A DNA stretch of 64,000 nt, taken from assembly GCA_963848295.1 (NCBI GenBank), contig CAWKDB010000010.1, positions 4,352,001 through 4,416,000 on the forward strand. Reading direction: 5' to 3'. Under the pieces are notes generated by a model that worked only from the letters and a program-made list of their open reading frames with translations, searched no databases and was not told where the DNA came from. Shown in pieces: positions 39,488 through 49,928 of the stretch. Position numbers and translations under genes: made by a program. This DNA is from an uncultured delta proteobacterium. GTDB lineage: Bacteria; Myxococcota_A; Polyangia; Haliangiales; Haliangiaceae. Each line of letters begins with the position of its first letter. Positions within the stretch are counted from its first letter, which is position 1.

Positions 39488-39847
39488 ATGAACGAGCAAG
39501 ACATGACGGCGCCAGTGACCCGTGGAGAGCTCAAGCAAGAGCTCGCACAGCTCAAAGCAGAGCTCAAAGCAGAGCTCAAGATCGACCTCGATCGAGCTCT
39601 CGTCGATGTGGTGCGCAAGCCCGACCTCGACCGAGCTCTCGCGGACGTCGTGCGCAGACCCGAGCTCGAGGCTTGGGGCAAATGGCTCTCGGCCGAGCTC
39701 GCACAGCACGTCACCGCGATGACCGAAGCGCTGCGCGCCGAGTTTCGCGTCGGCGACGATCAGTACAAAGACTTGCCGGCGCGCGTGTCGCGGCTCGAGA
39801 CCGCGGTGTTCACGCCGAAGCCGGCGCGCCGCCGCCGCTCGAGCTGA
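39488..39847 (+). CDS. Small coiled-coil repeat protein
   Basis: AGGAG RBS; ELK[QA]x repeats and DLDRALxDVVRxP twice. Sigma54-like motif TGGCCTCGTTCGTGCT at 39443-39458. Confidence 0.7.
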   Translation: MNEQDMTAPVTRGELKQELAQLKAELKAELKIDLDRALVDVVRKPDLDRALADVVRRPELEAWGKWLSAELAQHVTAMTEALRAEFRVGDDQYKDLPARVSRLETAVFTPKPARRRRSS

Positions 39848-39853
39848 TCGCGA

Positions 39854-41653
39854 CTACTGGATCTGGACGATCTGCGTCGTCCACTGCGCGATGTGGTTCG
39901 ACGTCGTGACGTCCTGAAACGGCAGCGCGAACGCGATCGAGCTCGGGTCGGTGCCGGCGGGGGCGTCGAGGTCGATCGCCGCCATCCACAGCAGCGTGCC
40001 GCTGCCGGGCGAGCGCAAGCCGTACATCCGCTTCGACGAGAACGTGATCCACGCGATGTGGCCGCCCGCGGCGGTCTTGTCGAACACGAACGGGTTCCAC
40101 TTCGGGAACGAGTTCGTCAGCGCGGTGTTCGCACCGTCGGCGACGCCCGGGAGGTTCGCGTTCGCGAGCACGACCGGGGTTGGACTCGCGGCGGTCGAGT
40201 CGATCGCCTTCAACGTAGCGGTCGGGCTCGTATCCGCCTCGCACTCGGTGCCCTTGGTGGTGCCCGACGTGCAGGTCGCCTCGTCGTAGACCAACAGCCT
40301 GCCGTCGGGCGCATAGGCCGGGTAGTACTCGTTGTGCAGGTTGTCCGGCGCGGCGACGAGCAACTCGGGCGTGCCGCCGGCTGCGTCGACCTGGTAGATG
40401 CTGCCGTTCCACATCCGCTGCATCGTGCCCGCGATGCCGACGCGGACGTAGGCGATCCGCGAGCCGTCGAGCGACCAGTCGGGATGGTCGGTCGGGTTCG
40501 CCGCGGTGCCGCCGACATCAATCGTCGAGTCCAGCGTGGCGTCGTTGCCGTTGATCACCATCAGGTTGTAGTTCGTCGCGCCGCTATCGCCGTAGACCGC
40601 GGCGTACTGGCTGCCGGTCGGGTTCCAGGTCTCGAACATCGTCTTCGGCGTCGTGCCGAACTGGTTCATCACGGTCTTCGTCGCGACATCGACGAGCGCG
40701 GTCCGGCCGTCGTTCTGGCCATTGACCTCGGCGACGAGCTTCGTGCCGTCGCGCGACAACGCGTGGCAGCCGATGCACGTTCCTTCGAGCTCGGTCCCGG
40801 CGTACTTGACCGCCTGGGTCTGGGTCGTCGACGCGAAGTCGTAGCGCATGATCGCCTCGGTCGTCGTCGTCCAGTAGTAGATGCCACCCGACACGTCTTC
40901 GTAGGTGAAGGCGAGCTTCATCGCGGCCGAGGCGCCGTACGTCGCTCCGGTCGTGTCGGTGCCTTTCAGCGACCACATCACCGGATCCGCGGCGCGGTTG
41001 GTGTTCGACAACCAGGTCCACAGCTGCGCGTCGGGCTGGTAGATGCAGCCGCCGTTCAACGGCAGCGTGCACTGCAAGTACACCGTGATGTCGGTGATCG
41101 AGTTCTCGAACGACAGGGCGAAGACCGTGTTGGCCGCGCCCGGGTGAAAGTGGAATTCGAGCCGGCCGAGGTTCGGCGGCACGAGCGCGCCGTCGTTCGG
41201 ATAGACGAGATCCGGCGCGCGCGTGTTGTCGGCGGTGCCGGTGAACAAGCTGCTCGGATCGGCGGGCAGGCCGGTCGACGCCGGATCATTCCAGCTCGTC
41301 TTGAACATCACGTTGACCGGAGTCGAGGCCTGCGCCGAGCCTGCGGTCGCGATCACTTGGGTCGTGCCGCCGCGATCGGTGCCGGTCGTCAGGTCGGCGC
41401 CGGTGAAGCCGCCGAGCGTCGAGTCGGCGAGCGACAGCACGGCTTGATCGGTGATGTCCTCGGTGTGTCCGTCATTGAATACGCCGGTGACCGTGTAGGT
41501 GCTGGTCGCAGCCACGCCGTCTTGCACGACGAGCGTCTGATCGTCGGGCGAGACCTTCATCGATGCGAGGTCGTCGAGGCCGCTGCCCGAACCCGCCCCT
41601 TTTTCGTGGTTGCCGCAGCCGACGAGTAACAGAGCAATCCAGGCGTAGCGCAT
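39854..41653 (-). CDS. Lipoprotein with Ig-like domain and TolB/PD40 beta-propeller
   Basis: MRYAWIALLLVGC; CIGCHALSRDG, HPDWSLDG, YYPAYAPDG, WITFSSKRMYG. Confidence 0.8.
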   Translation of the reverse strand: MRYAWIALLLVGCGNHEKGAGSGSGLDDLASMKVSPDDQTLVVQDGVAATSTYTVTGVFNDGHTEDITDQAVLSLADSTLGGFTGADLTTGTDRGGTTQVIATAGSAQASTPVNVMFKTSWNDPASTGLPADPSSLFTGTADNTRAPDLVYPNDGALVPPNLGRLEFHFHPGAANTVFALSFENSITDITVYLQCTLPLNGGCIYQPDAQLWTWLSNTNRAADPVMWSLKGTDTTGATYGASAAMKLAFTYEDVSGGIYYWTTTTEAIMRYDFASTTQTQAVKYAGTELEGTCIGCHALSRDGTKLVAEVNGQNDGRTALVDVATKTVMNQFGTTPKTMFETWNPTGSQYAAVYGDSGATNYNLMVINGNDATLDSTIDVGGTAANPTDHPDWSLDGSRIAYVRVGIAGTMQRMWNGSIYQVDAAGGTPELLVAAPDNLHNEYYPAYAPDGRLLVYDEATCTSGTTKGTECEADTSPTATLKAIDSTAASPTPVVLANANLPGVADGANTALTNSFPKWNPFVFDKTAAGGHIAWITFSSKRMYGLRSPGSGTLLWMAAIDLDAPAGTDPSSIAFALPFQDVTTSNHIAQWTTQIVQIQ

Positions 41654-41666
41654 GGTCTCGTGCAAG

Positions 41667-41683
41667 AGCACGGCGCGCGCCAG
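41667..41683 (-). promoter_or_regulatory. Sigma54-like promoter
   Basis: CTGGCGCGCGCCGTGCT, GG-N10-GC, 14 nt before ATG 41653. Confidence 0.5.
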
Positions 41684-41819
41684 ATCGTGGGGCGAAACGC
41701 GCGAAACCACGCGGCTGTGAATCACCGATCGTCATGATCTCGTTCGCGTCGGACGCGTTCCTACATCGTCCCCGGGTCTACAGGCCTAAGGTCAAACGGC
41801 CTATGCGATAAAGACCCGC

Positions 41820-42413
41820 ATGGCGCGAGCTCTCCTACTCGTCGACTTGCAGTACGACTTCATGCCGGGCGGTGCACTCGCGGTCGAGCACGGTGACGAA
41901 GTCGTCGCGGTCGCGTGCGAGCTCGCTCCGCAGTTCGCGATCGTTGTCGCAACGCAGGACTGGCATCCGATCGACCATGGCAGCTTCGCCGCGAATCATC
42001 CCGGCGCGTCACCCGGTCAGCTCGGCGAGCTCGCCGGCCTGCCTCAGGTCCTGTGGCCAGTGCATTGCGTGCAAGGCACTCGCGGCGCCGAGCTCCACGC
42101 AGCGTTGCCGCCATTGACCGCGGTGTTTCGCAAAGGCACCGATCCCGCGATCGACAGCTACTCCGGCTTCTACGACAACGGCAAGCGACGCGCGACCGGG
42201 CTCGGCGATTGGCTGAGCGCGCGGGCGGTCCGCGAGCTCGCCGTGCTCGGGCTCGCCACCGACTATTGCGTGAAGTACACCGTGCTCGACGCGCTCGACT
42301 TGGGCTTCGCGGTAACGCTGATCGCACGCGGCTGTCGCGCAGTCGATCTCACGGCCGGTGACGGTGCGCGCGCGATCACCGAAATGCGCGCGGCCGGCGC
42401 GATCGTGGCGTGA
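41820..42413 (+). CDS. pncA: Nicotinamidase/pyrazinamidase
   Basis: VDLQYDFMPGGAL, TQDWHP..H, WPVHCVQGT, KG....DSYSGF, GLATDYCV. Confidence 0.95.
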   Translation: MARALLLVDLQYDFMPGGALAVEHGDEVVAVACELAPQFAIVVATQDWHPIDHGSFAANHPGASPGQLGELAGLPQVLWPVHCVQGTRGAELHAALPPLTAVFRKGTDPAIDSYSGFYDNGKRRATGLGDWLSARAVRELAVLGLATDYCVKYTVLDALDLGFAVTLIARGCRAVDLTAGDGARAITEMRAAGAIVA

Positions 42414-42423
42414 GCGCACGGCC

Positions 42424-42456
42424 TCGGCCCCGTGATCGGCCCCGTGATCGGCCCCG
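42424..42456 (+). repeat. 12-bp tandem repeat (about 2.75 copies)
   Basis: TCGGCCCCGTGA TCGGCCCCGTGA TCGGCCCCG. Confidence 0.85.
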
Positions 42457-42467
42457 ACGATTTGGGG

Positions 42468-42484
42468 CTGGCACGACCGATGCT
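42468..42484 (+). promoter_or_regulatory. Sigma54 promoter
   Basis: CTGGCACGACCGATGCT, near-consensus. Confidence 0.7.
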
Positions 42485-42496
42485 CCTCCTCGAGGT

Positions 42497-42778
42497 ATGT
42501 CGGATCCACGAGTTCAGTGGCCGGTGCGAGACGACAGCCGAAAGACTCGGCACGAGGACCTCGATCGCGAGCCCGATGGCGTGCCGCACGCCGTAGTCGG
42601 CATGACCGCGCTGTTTGCCGTGATCTTTGCCATCCTGCTCTCCGCGATCTTCATGTCTGGCGGCGTCGTCGGTCATGTGTCCGCGGTGGTGCTAGCGCTC
42701 GTCGCGGTTCCGGTGCTCGTCCGCCGACTCGGTACCAAAGCCGATCGCGAGCGCGATCACCTTCATCCGTCGAGGTGA
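42497..42778 (+). CDS. Small 2-TM membrane protein
   Basis: MSDPRVQWP..., two hydrophobic helices. Confidence 0.65.
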   Translation: MSDPRVQWPVRDDSRKTRHEDLDREPDGVPHAVVGMTALFAVIFAILLSAIFMSGGVVGHVSAVVLALVAVPVLVRRLGTKADRERDHLHPSR

Positions 42779-42860
42779 GCCGTGGCGCCATCGCTCGGCG
42801 GGCGGTAACCGGTGTGCGCTGTTGCGCCCAGCCCCCCGTGACGCGAGCATCCCCGAAGCC

Positions 42861-44732
42861 ATGCGCCGCGGGTCCATCCTACTAGCCGTCGCGTTGGCGG
42901 CGTGCGGCGGCGTGCGGCAAGTCCGGCACCCGGGTGAAGAGTACTTATCGACGATCCGGATCAAGGGCAACAAAGCGATCGACACGAAACAGCTCGTCGA
43001 CGGACTCGCGCTGCATCGCGCCGAGCTCGCTGGGGGTGGCGTCGATGACTACGAGCTGACGGTCGATACCCAGCGGATCATCGGCGCGTATCAGCGCCTC
43101 GGCTTCTTCTCGGTCGCCGTGCAGTCACGGACCGAGCACGAGGGCGACGCGGTGACCGTGATCTTCACCGTCAAAGAAGGTCTTCGTGCGAAGACGAGCG
43201 TCGAGATCATCGGCCTGCCCGACGACGTGCCGCGCGACAGCGCGCGCAAGCTCGTCGCGATCGCCGAGAACGCGCCGTTCGATTACGACGCCTACGACGC
43301 GGCGAAACTGCCGATGCTCCGGCTGATCCAGGACGCCGGCTACGCGCGAGCACGGCTCGAAGCGACGGTGATCGCGGATCGCGGGCAGGCTCACGCCACC
43401 GCGCAATATGCGATCGAGCCCGGCGCGCCGTGCACGTTCGGCGCGGTCGACGTCGTCGGGGTCAGCGGCGCGCTCGCGACGGCGGTGCGCGATCGCGTCG
43501 CGTTCAAGTCGGGCGACCGCTACTCGGCGAAAGCGGTGACCGCGACCCAGGACGCGCTCTATCAGCTCGATCGGTTCTCGTCGGTGCGTGTCGACCCGGT
43601 GATCGAAGGAACCGCTACGACGATCCCGGTCAAGATCGGCGTCGCGATCGGCAATCGCCACGAGTTTCAATTCGGCGCCGGCGGTGGCATCGATCCGTTG
43701 AACTACTCGCTTCGCTTCCCCGCGAAGTACAGCGTCAGCGGTTGGCCGTTCGATCTGTCGACGAGCAGCATCGACGCGCGCGTCGCCCTCACGACGTTGC
43801 AGACCGAGTGCACGATCTACAAGTTCTGGACTTGCAGCTACCAGCCGCTCGTCCGGCTGATCGGCACGCTCGTCCAGCAGGATCTATTCGCGCCGTATGT
43901 CGTCGGCCAGATCGACGGCGGCGCCGATTACGTGACGATCGAGCCGTATCGCACGATCAGCGCACACGCGAGGGTAGGCCTCACGAGCCGGATCGTGACG
44001 CCGAAGCTCCAGGCGCACGTCGCGTGGTTGCTCGAGGGCGCACACTTCGACCAGATCAGCCCGGCGATCGATCCGTCGACCCAGCATAGCCTCGGCATCG
44101 ACCGCTCCGAGCTGCTCGGCGAGTACCAAGAGTCGATCACGCTCGACCTGCGCGACAACCTCGCCGATCCGCACCTCGGGTTGTACGTCGAGCTCCGGCT
44201 CGCCGAAGGCGGAAAGTACGCGGGTGGCGAATACAACTTCATCCAGTTCACCCCGGAGATCCGCGGCTTCGTGCCGCTCGGACCGCTCGTGCTCGCGACG
44301 CGTTTTCGCTACAGCGCGATCTCTGGTGACGTCGCGCCGACCGAGCGCTACTTCGGTGGCGGCGCGTCGAGTCAACGCGGCTTTCCCGAGCGCCAGCTAT
44401 CGCCGATCGCGACGAACATCGTCAACGGCATGACCGAGAGCGTGATCATCGGCGGCGGTGCGTTCATCGAGACCGGTGCCGAGTTGCGCAGCCCGACGAT
44501 CAAGAAACGCTTCGGGCTCGTCGCGTTCCTCGACGGCGGCGACGTGACCGAAACCGCGAGCGAGCTGTCGATCGACCAGCTCAACTGGACGGTCGGCCTC
44601 GGCGCGCGGCTGTTCTTGCTGCCGGTCGGTCCGTTCCGGCTCGACTTTTCGTATCGCACCGGCCACGACCGCCCGGATCAACCGACGCTGGGGCACTTCA
44701 ATTGGTTCTTCAGCGTCGGGGAAGCGTTCTGA
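42861..44732 (+). CDS. tamA: Omp85-family TamA/BamA-like outer-membrane protein with lipobox
   Basis: LAAC lipobox, POTRA domains, ERYFGGGASSQRGF, VGPFRLDFSYR, C-terminal SVGEAF. Confidence 0.85.
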   Translation: MRRGSILLAVALAACGGVRQVRHPGEEYLSTIRIKGNKAIDTKQLVDGLALHRAELAGGGVDDYELTVDTQRIIGAYQRLGFFSVAVQSRTEHEGDAVTVIFTVKEGLRAKTSVEIIGLPDDVPRDSARKLVAIAENAPFDYDAYDAAKLPMLRLIQDAGYARARLEATVIADRGQAHATAQYAIEPGAPCTFGAVDVVGVSGALATAVRDRVAFKSGDRYSAKAVTATQDALYQLDRFSSVRVDPVIEGTATTIPVKIGVAIGNRHEFQFGAGGGIDPLNYSLRFPAKYSVSGWPFDLSTSSIDARVALTTLQTECTIYKFWTCSYQPLVRLIGTLVQQDLFAPYVVGQIDGGADYVTIEPYRTISAHARVGLTSRIVTPKLQAHVAWLLEGAHFDQISPAIDPSTQHSLGIDRSELLGEYQESITLDLRDNLADPHLGLYVELRLAEGGKYAGGEYNFIQFTPEIRGFVPLGPLVLATRFRYSAISGDVAPTERYFGGGASSQRGFPERQLSPIATNIVNGMTESVIIGGGAFIETGAELRSPTIKKRFGLVAFLDGGDVTETASELSIDQLNWTVGLGARLFLLPVGPFRLDFSYRTGHDRPDQPTLGHFNWFFSVGEAF

Positions 44733-47700
44733 TGCGCCGCGCGCTCCGCTGGGCGGTGCGGATCGTGCTCGGTCTGATCGCGCTCGTGACGCTCGCGACC
44801 ATCGCGCTCGTCATCACGCTTCACACCGCCTGGGCGCGCGACAAGATCCGCGTCAGGGTCGAAGCGGCGCTCGCGGCGAGCTTTCCGGGCGGCGCGAAGA
44901 TCGGCCGGCTCGAGGGCACGCCGCTCGGCGAGCTCGTCGCGTACGATGTCGAGCTCGACTCGATCGATCACCAGCCGCTCGTCAAGATCGGCGAGCTCGA
45001 CGTCGACCTCGCGCTGACCCCGCTGCTCGGCAAGACCGCGCGCGTCGACCGGCTCGAGCTCGACGACGTCGTCGTGACACCCACCGGCTCGCCGCGCACG
45101 CCCGAGGGGCCGCCGCAGCCGGAGACCGCCGGCACGACGTGGTCGGTGGAGCTGCCCGAGATCGAGGTCCATCGCGCGCGCATCGTTCCGATCGCGGGAC
45201 GCCCGGGCGACGAGATCTCCGCGCTCGAAGCGACCGCGCGCGTCGCGCTGCCGGCCGGCCGGCCGATCACCGCGATCGTCGGGCTGCGCGCGAGCTGGCG
45301 TGGACAACCGGTCTCGATCATGGCGGCGGTGCAAGACGACCGCGGCGCGATCACCGTGCCGTTCGCGACCACGAGCGTCGCCGGCAGCGGGCTCGTCGCG
45401 GCGGGGGTGGCGCTGACCAGCAAGCTCACCGCGTTTCGCGGGGTCGTGATGGGGCACGCGACGGTCGCCGATGTCGCGCGGTTCACGGCCGCCGCGCTCC
45501 CGGCGGATGCGAGCTTCAGCGCGATCGCGCGCGGCGATCTGACCGACCTGTTCGCAGCGCTCGGCGCTTCGCAGCTGCGCGCCTTCGCGAAGGTCGACGT
45601 GCTCGCGCGCTCGGCGATCGCCGTCGTGTCGGTCGTCAGCCCCGACTTCGCCGCGCTCGATCGCGGTGCGCTCGTCGGCAGCGGTGCGCTCGTCGCGGCG
45701 TTGGAGGGCTCGCTCGGGCCGGATTGGAAGCCGAGCGCGCGGGGCCTCGTGTCGATCGCCGGCGAGGCTGCGCATCGACCGATGACTCGCGCGGTGGTGG
45801 CGGTCGACGGCAGCGCGGCCGGCGGCAACGTCATCGCGGGTGCGGCGGACGAAGCCGGGATCGCCGCCGCGGTCGACGCGGACCTCACGCGCGACGCTTC
45901 CGGGATCGCGGTCGTGCGCTCGCATGCCGTCGCGACCGCGCCCGAGCTCGCGTTCGAAGACGGCAGCGCTGCGGTGCGCGCCGACGTCGCGACCACCGGG
46001 CGGATCTGGCCGGCGACCGATCTCCACGTCACGGGCACGATCGGCGCGACGAACGTCAGGGTCGCGCGAGCGCGCGTGCGCGATGTCTCGGTCGCGCTCG
46101 ACGTCCACTCGATCCCTGATCATAGCGAGGGTGACCTCGAGATCTCGCTCGTCGGCGCGCGCTACGGCGCGACGCGGATCCCGGCGATCGGGTTCGACGC
46201 GCATGGATTCTACACGCGAGCGACCGGCGATCTCTCGGCGACGCTCGTCAGCAACGAGCTCGGTGTCGCGAAGATCGTCCCAGGCCTCGGCGGGCGCGCC
46301 TCTGCGCGGGTCGAGCTGGCGCGGCGAGCGGGTGAATGGAGCGGGAAGCTCGCCGCGACCGGCCGCGACTTGGTCATCGCGGAGGACACACCGCCGGTCG
46401 ACGTGCGCGTCGATGGCACGTTGTCGGGCCGGCGGCTCGCGACCCGCGCAACGATCATCGGCGCCCAGCTCGGCTCGGCGACCGCGGTGCTCGATGTCGA
46501 TGGCCCACGCGACATCACCGATGTCGCCGCGTGGCGCGGGCTCGGCCGAAGTGCCGTGCACGAGGCGCGCCTCGCGATCGATCAGTTCGATGGCACCCAG
46601 CTCGGCATGCCGGTCCGCGTCGACGGCGAGCTTCATGTCTCGGCGCGCGATGCGGGTGGCGAGCTGGACGCGAGCGGGCTCGAAGGGAAGGGCCATTCCG
46701 CGACCGCGACGATCGCGCTCGCGAACGCGCCCGATGGAGCGACCGCGACCGTCACCGCCGTCGTCGATAGAGTCGCCACCGCACATGCGACGATCGATCT
46801 CGCGTTCGTCCGCCGCATGTTCGATCCGACCGCGTGGAAGACGCTCGGCCGCGGCGTCGTGCGCGGCGGGATGGTCCACGTCGACGAGATTCGCGTCGAT
46901 CCCGAGCTGCTCGCGCGCTACGGCGTGGGCGTGCCGTTGAACGCGCGCGTCACCGCGGACGCGAAGATCGGCAGCGCCGGCACGACGCTGCAAGTCTCGG
47001 CCGACGTTCGCGACCTGATCGGCGGACCGCTCGCGCAGCCGGTCGAGATCCATGCCGAGTCCCTCGCCGAGGATGGCGCCGCGACGCTCTCGATCGTCGC
47101 GCGTTCGGGCTCGCTGGAGCTCGTCGAGGTTCGCGGGCATGCGCCGCTCGCGCTCGATCATCTCCAGCTCGCCGCGCTGCGCGCGCTGCCGATCCAAGCG
47201 ACCCTGACCGTGCCGACCCTCCAGGCGCGCGACCTCCTCGCGATCGTCGGGCGCAGCGATCTTCAGACCGGCACGGTCGAAGGCACGATCACCGCGACCG
47301 GCACCGCCGGTGCACCGATCGCCGACGCGACGTTCTCGGCCGCGAACGTCACGACCGTTCCGGGGATCCAAGGAAGCAAACCGTCGGCGCTGCACGACCT
47401 CGCAGTCACCGGCCACTACGAACCTGGTCGAGTCAGGGCCGACGTCACCGGCCACGAAGAAGGCGGCGGCGAGCTCGTCGCCTCCGCGCACGGCGATCCG
47501 CGCTCGCTGCGGACGCTCGCGGGCACGCTCGCCGCGACCCGGTTCGAGCTCGCGCCGGTCACGGCGTTCGCACCGGGCATCGCGCGTGCGATCAGCGGCA
47601 CGGTCGACGGCAAGCTCGCGCTGCGAGGCCTCGATCCCGACACCGGTGACATCTCCGGCTCGCTCCACATCACCGAGGCTCGATTGCCGATCGCATCGAC

Positions 47701-48838
47701 CATCGGCGTGTTGCGCAGAGCCGACGTCAAGATCGCGATCGCGAACCACGTCATCACGGTCGACGCCGACGGCAAGCTCGGCACCGGCACCGTCAAGGGC
47801 AACGCCAAGATCGCGCTGCGCGGTAGCTCGCCGGCGCACGCCGATATCACGCTCGCGTTGCGCAAGATCTCACCGATCGCGTCGATCGAGCCGGAGATCT
47901 CGGCCGACGTCACCGCCGGCATGACCTACCAAGACAGGCGCTGGACCGGCGACATCAAGGTCCAGCACGGCTCGATCCACGTCGAATCGAATCGCGGCCA
48001 GAAGCTCCTCGAGGTAGGTGCGCCGGCGGATATCGATTTCGTCGACGCGGCGGCACCGGCCAAGCCGAAGGGTCCGGTGCACATCGCGGCGCCGAGTGCG
48101 CCGTGGCTGGTCGCGAGCATCTCGATCGAGCCGGTCGAGCTTGTCGTCAAGGACTTCGCGATCGTCCAGCAGCTGCGCGCGACGCTCGCCGGCAAGCTGC
48201 GGCTGTCCTACGGCGGCGGGGTCGCGCTCGACGGCACGATCGAGACGCGGCGCGGCGACGTCGATATCTTCGGCCGCTCGTATCAGATCGATCGCGGCCA
48301 GATCGCGTTCGATGGCCCGCTCGATCCGCGGCTCGACATCAGACTGGTCCACGACTTCACCGACCTGACCTTGACCGCCCAGCTGTCCGGTCGCGCGAGC
48401 GCGGTCAACCTCGCGTTGAGCGGTACGCCGGCGATCTACTCGCCGACCCAGCTCTACGGCTTCTTCCTCGGCGGCGAGCCCGGCGGCGACCCGTCCGACG
48501 CGACCAAGAATGCAGCGGTGGGCGCGAGCGCGTCGGTGGGCTCCGCGCTGTTGTTCTCCGGCATCGGCAAGTACTTGCCGTTCAAGCCCGACACGCTCGG
48601 CTATCAAGCGGCGACCGACACGACGAGCGCGACGGTCAAGGCCGGGATCTGGATCAGCAACAACTTCTTCGCCCAAGGCAACCACCACATCGATCCATTG
48701 CCCGACGAGAATTCCAACGAGGCGCAGTTCGAGTACTACTTCCGGCGCCACCTGCTCGGCGGAACGCTGTTCCTGCAGGGCGTCTACGGCGACCGCAACT
48801 ACGACACCACCGATCTCCTGTGGCGCACGCGCTGGTGA
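44732..48838 (+). CDS. tamB: Translocation and assembly module TamB
   Basis: N-terminal anchor, beta-rich AsmA-like body, DUF490-like [22 protein letters not shown]; translationally coupled to tamA. Confidence 0.85.
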   Translation: MRRALRWAVRIVLGLIALVTLATIALVITLHTAWARDKIRVRVEAALAASFPGGAKIGRLEGTPLGELVAYDVELDSIDHQPLVKIGELDVDLALTPLLGKTARVDRLELDDVVVTPTGSPRTPEGPPQPETAGTTWSVELPEIEVHRARIVPIAGRPGDEISALEATARVALPAGRPITAIVGLRASWRGQPVSIMAAVQDDRGAITVPFATTSVAGSGLVAAGVALTSKLTAFRGVVMGHATVADVARFTAAALPADASFSAIARGDLTDLFAALGASQLRAFAKVDVLARSAIAVVSVVSPDFAALDRGALVGSGALVAALEGSLGPDWKPSARGLVSIAGEAAHRPMTRAVVAVDGSAAGGNVIAGAADEAGIAAAVDADLTRDASGIAVVRSHAVATAPELAFEDGSAAVRADVATTGRIWPATDLHVTGTIGATNVRVARARVRDVSVALDVHSIPDHSEGDLEISLVGARYGATRIPAIGFDAHGFYTRATGDLSATLVSNELGVAKIVPGLGGRASARVELARRAGEWSGKLAATGRDLVIAEDTPPVDVRVDGTLSGRRLATRATIIGAQLGSATAVLDVDGPRDITDVAAWRGLGRSAVHEARLAIDQFDGTQLGMPVRVDGELHVSARDAGGELDASGLEGKGHSATATIALANAPDGATATVTAVVDRVATAHATIDLAFVRRMFDPTAWKTLGRGVVRGGMVHVDEIRVDPELLARYGVGVPLNARVTADAKIGSAGTTLQVSADVRDLIGGPLAQPVEIHAESLAEDGAATLSIVARSGSLELVEVRGHAPLALDHLQLAALRALPIQATLTVPTLQARDLLAIVGRSDLQTGTVEGTITATGTAGAPIADATFSAANVTTVPGIQGSKPSALHDLAVTGHYEPGRVRADVTGHEEGGGELVASAHGDPRSLRTLAGTLAATRFELAPVTAFAPGIARAISGTVDGKLALRGLDPDTGDISGSLHITEARLPIASTIGVLRRADVKIAIANHVITVDADGKLGTGTVKGNAKIALRGSSPAHADITLALRKISPIASIEPEISADVTAGMTYQDRRWTGDIKVQHGSIHVESNRGQKLLEVGAPADIDFVDAAAPAKPKGPVHIAAPSAPWLVASISIEPVELVVKDFAIVQQLRATLAGKLRLSYGGGVALDGTIETRRGDVDIFGRSYQIDRGQIAFDGPLDPRLDIRLVHDFTDLTLTAQLSGRASAVNLALSGTPAIYSPTQLYGFFLGGEPGGDPSDATKNAAVGASASVGSALLFSGIGKYLPFKPDTLGYQAATDTTSATVKAGIWISNNFFAQGNHHIDPLPDENSNEAQFEYYFRRHLLGGTLFLQGVYGDRNYDTTDLLWRTRW

Positions 48839-49488
48839 TCGGGCACGTTCGCGGGGTGAGCCGCGTCGCCCTCGCCGCCGTGCTAGCCGCTTGCGGGACG
48901 AGCGCGCCGCCGACCGGTCGGGTGGCGCCGCCGGTCGCTCCGCCGCCGTCGGGCGGCCAGCTGCTCGCTCCCGCGGCGTTCGACCGGATCCCCGATCGCG
49001 CCGAGCGATCGCGCGCGCTGTTCGCGGAGGCCGCCAAGGTCCTCACCAGCGCGCGGTGCGTGAACTGCCATCCGCCCGACGACACGCCGCGCCAAGGCGA
49101 CCTGCATGCGATCCACGATCCACCGATCATCCGCGGCCCGAAGGACACCGGCGTCGCCGCGCTGCAGTGCACGACGTGTCACCAGGATCGCAACGTGGAG
49201 CTCGCGCGTGTCCCCGGCGCGCCCGGTTGGCACCTCGCGCCGATCGGCATGGCGTGGCTCGGCAAGACCGTGGCCGAGATCTGCGTGCAGCTCAAAGATC
49301 CGGCGCGCAACGGCGGGCGCTCGCTCGAGCAGGTCTACGATCATCTCGCGCACGATCGGCTCGTGGCGTGGGGTTGGGCGCCGGGCGCCGATCGCGTACC
49401 GGTTCCCGGAACGCAACCCGAGCTCGCCGCGCTGGTTCGCGCGTGGATCGAGACCGGCGCCGAATGTCCTCGGGAGGCTGCGCGATGA
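48835..49488 (+). CDS. Di-heme cytochrome c lipoprotein associated with the isoquinoline 1-oxidoreductase family
   Basis: LAAC; CVNCH and [24 protein letters not shown]. The start could be 48856. Confidence 0.8.
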   Translation: MIGHVRGVSRVALAAVLAACGTSAPPTGRVAPPVAPPPSGGQLLAPAAFDRIPDRAERSRALFAEAAKVLTSARCVNCHPPDDTPRQGDLHAIHDPPIIRGPKDTGVAALQCTTCHQDRNVELARVPGAPGWHLAPIGMAWLGKTVAEICVQLKDPARNGGRSLEQVYDHLAHDRLVAWGWAPGADRVPVPGTQPELAALVRAWIETGAECPREAAR

Positions 49489-49928
49489 CGATCGAGCTGC
49501 GAGTCAACGGCGCGACGAAGGAGCTCGACGCCGACCCCGACATGCCGCTACTGTGGGCGCTGCGCGACCTGCTCGGGCTGACCGGGACGAAGTACGGCTG
49601 CGGCGAGGCGCTGTGCGGCGCGTGCACGGTTCACCTCGACGGCCTGCCGGTGCGCGCGTGCGTCACGCCGGTGCGGCGCGCGGTCGGCCGCGCCGTGACG
49701 ACGATCGAAGGCCTGCACGATCATCCGCTGCAGCGCGCGTGGATCGAGCTCGCGGTGCCGCAATGCGGCTACTGCCAGGCCGGGCAGATCATGACCGCGG
49801 TCGCGCTGCTCGCGGCGATCCCGAAGCCGACCGATGACGACATCGACCACTCACTTGCCGGCAACATCTGCCGCTGTGGCACGTACGTGCGGATTCGCGC
49901 CGCGGTGAAGAAGGCCGCGGGCGTATGA
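49485..49928 (+). CDS. iorA: Isoquinoline 1-oxidoreductase-family [2Fe-2S] subunit
   Basis: [45 protein letters not shown]. Confidence 0.9.
   Translation: MTIELRVNGATKELDADPDMPLLWALRDLLGLTGTKYGCGEALCGACTVHLDGLPVRACVTPVRRAVGRAVTTIEGLHDHPLQRAWIELAVPQCGYCQAGQIMTAVALLAAIPKPTDDDIDHSLAGNICRCGTYVRIRAAVKKAAGV

Noticed and set aside
41788..41806. Possible second NrtR site TAAGGTCAAACGGCCTATG before pncA
   Set aside because: Lacks the AC of the GT-N7-AC core and differs from the pncB site; too weak to call.
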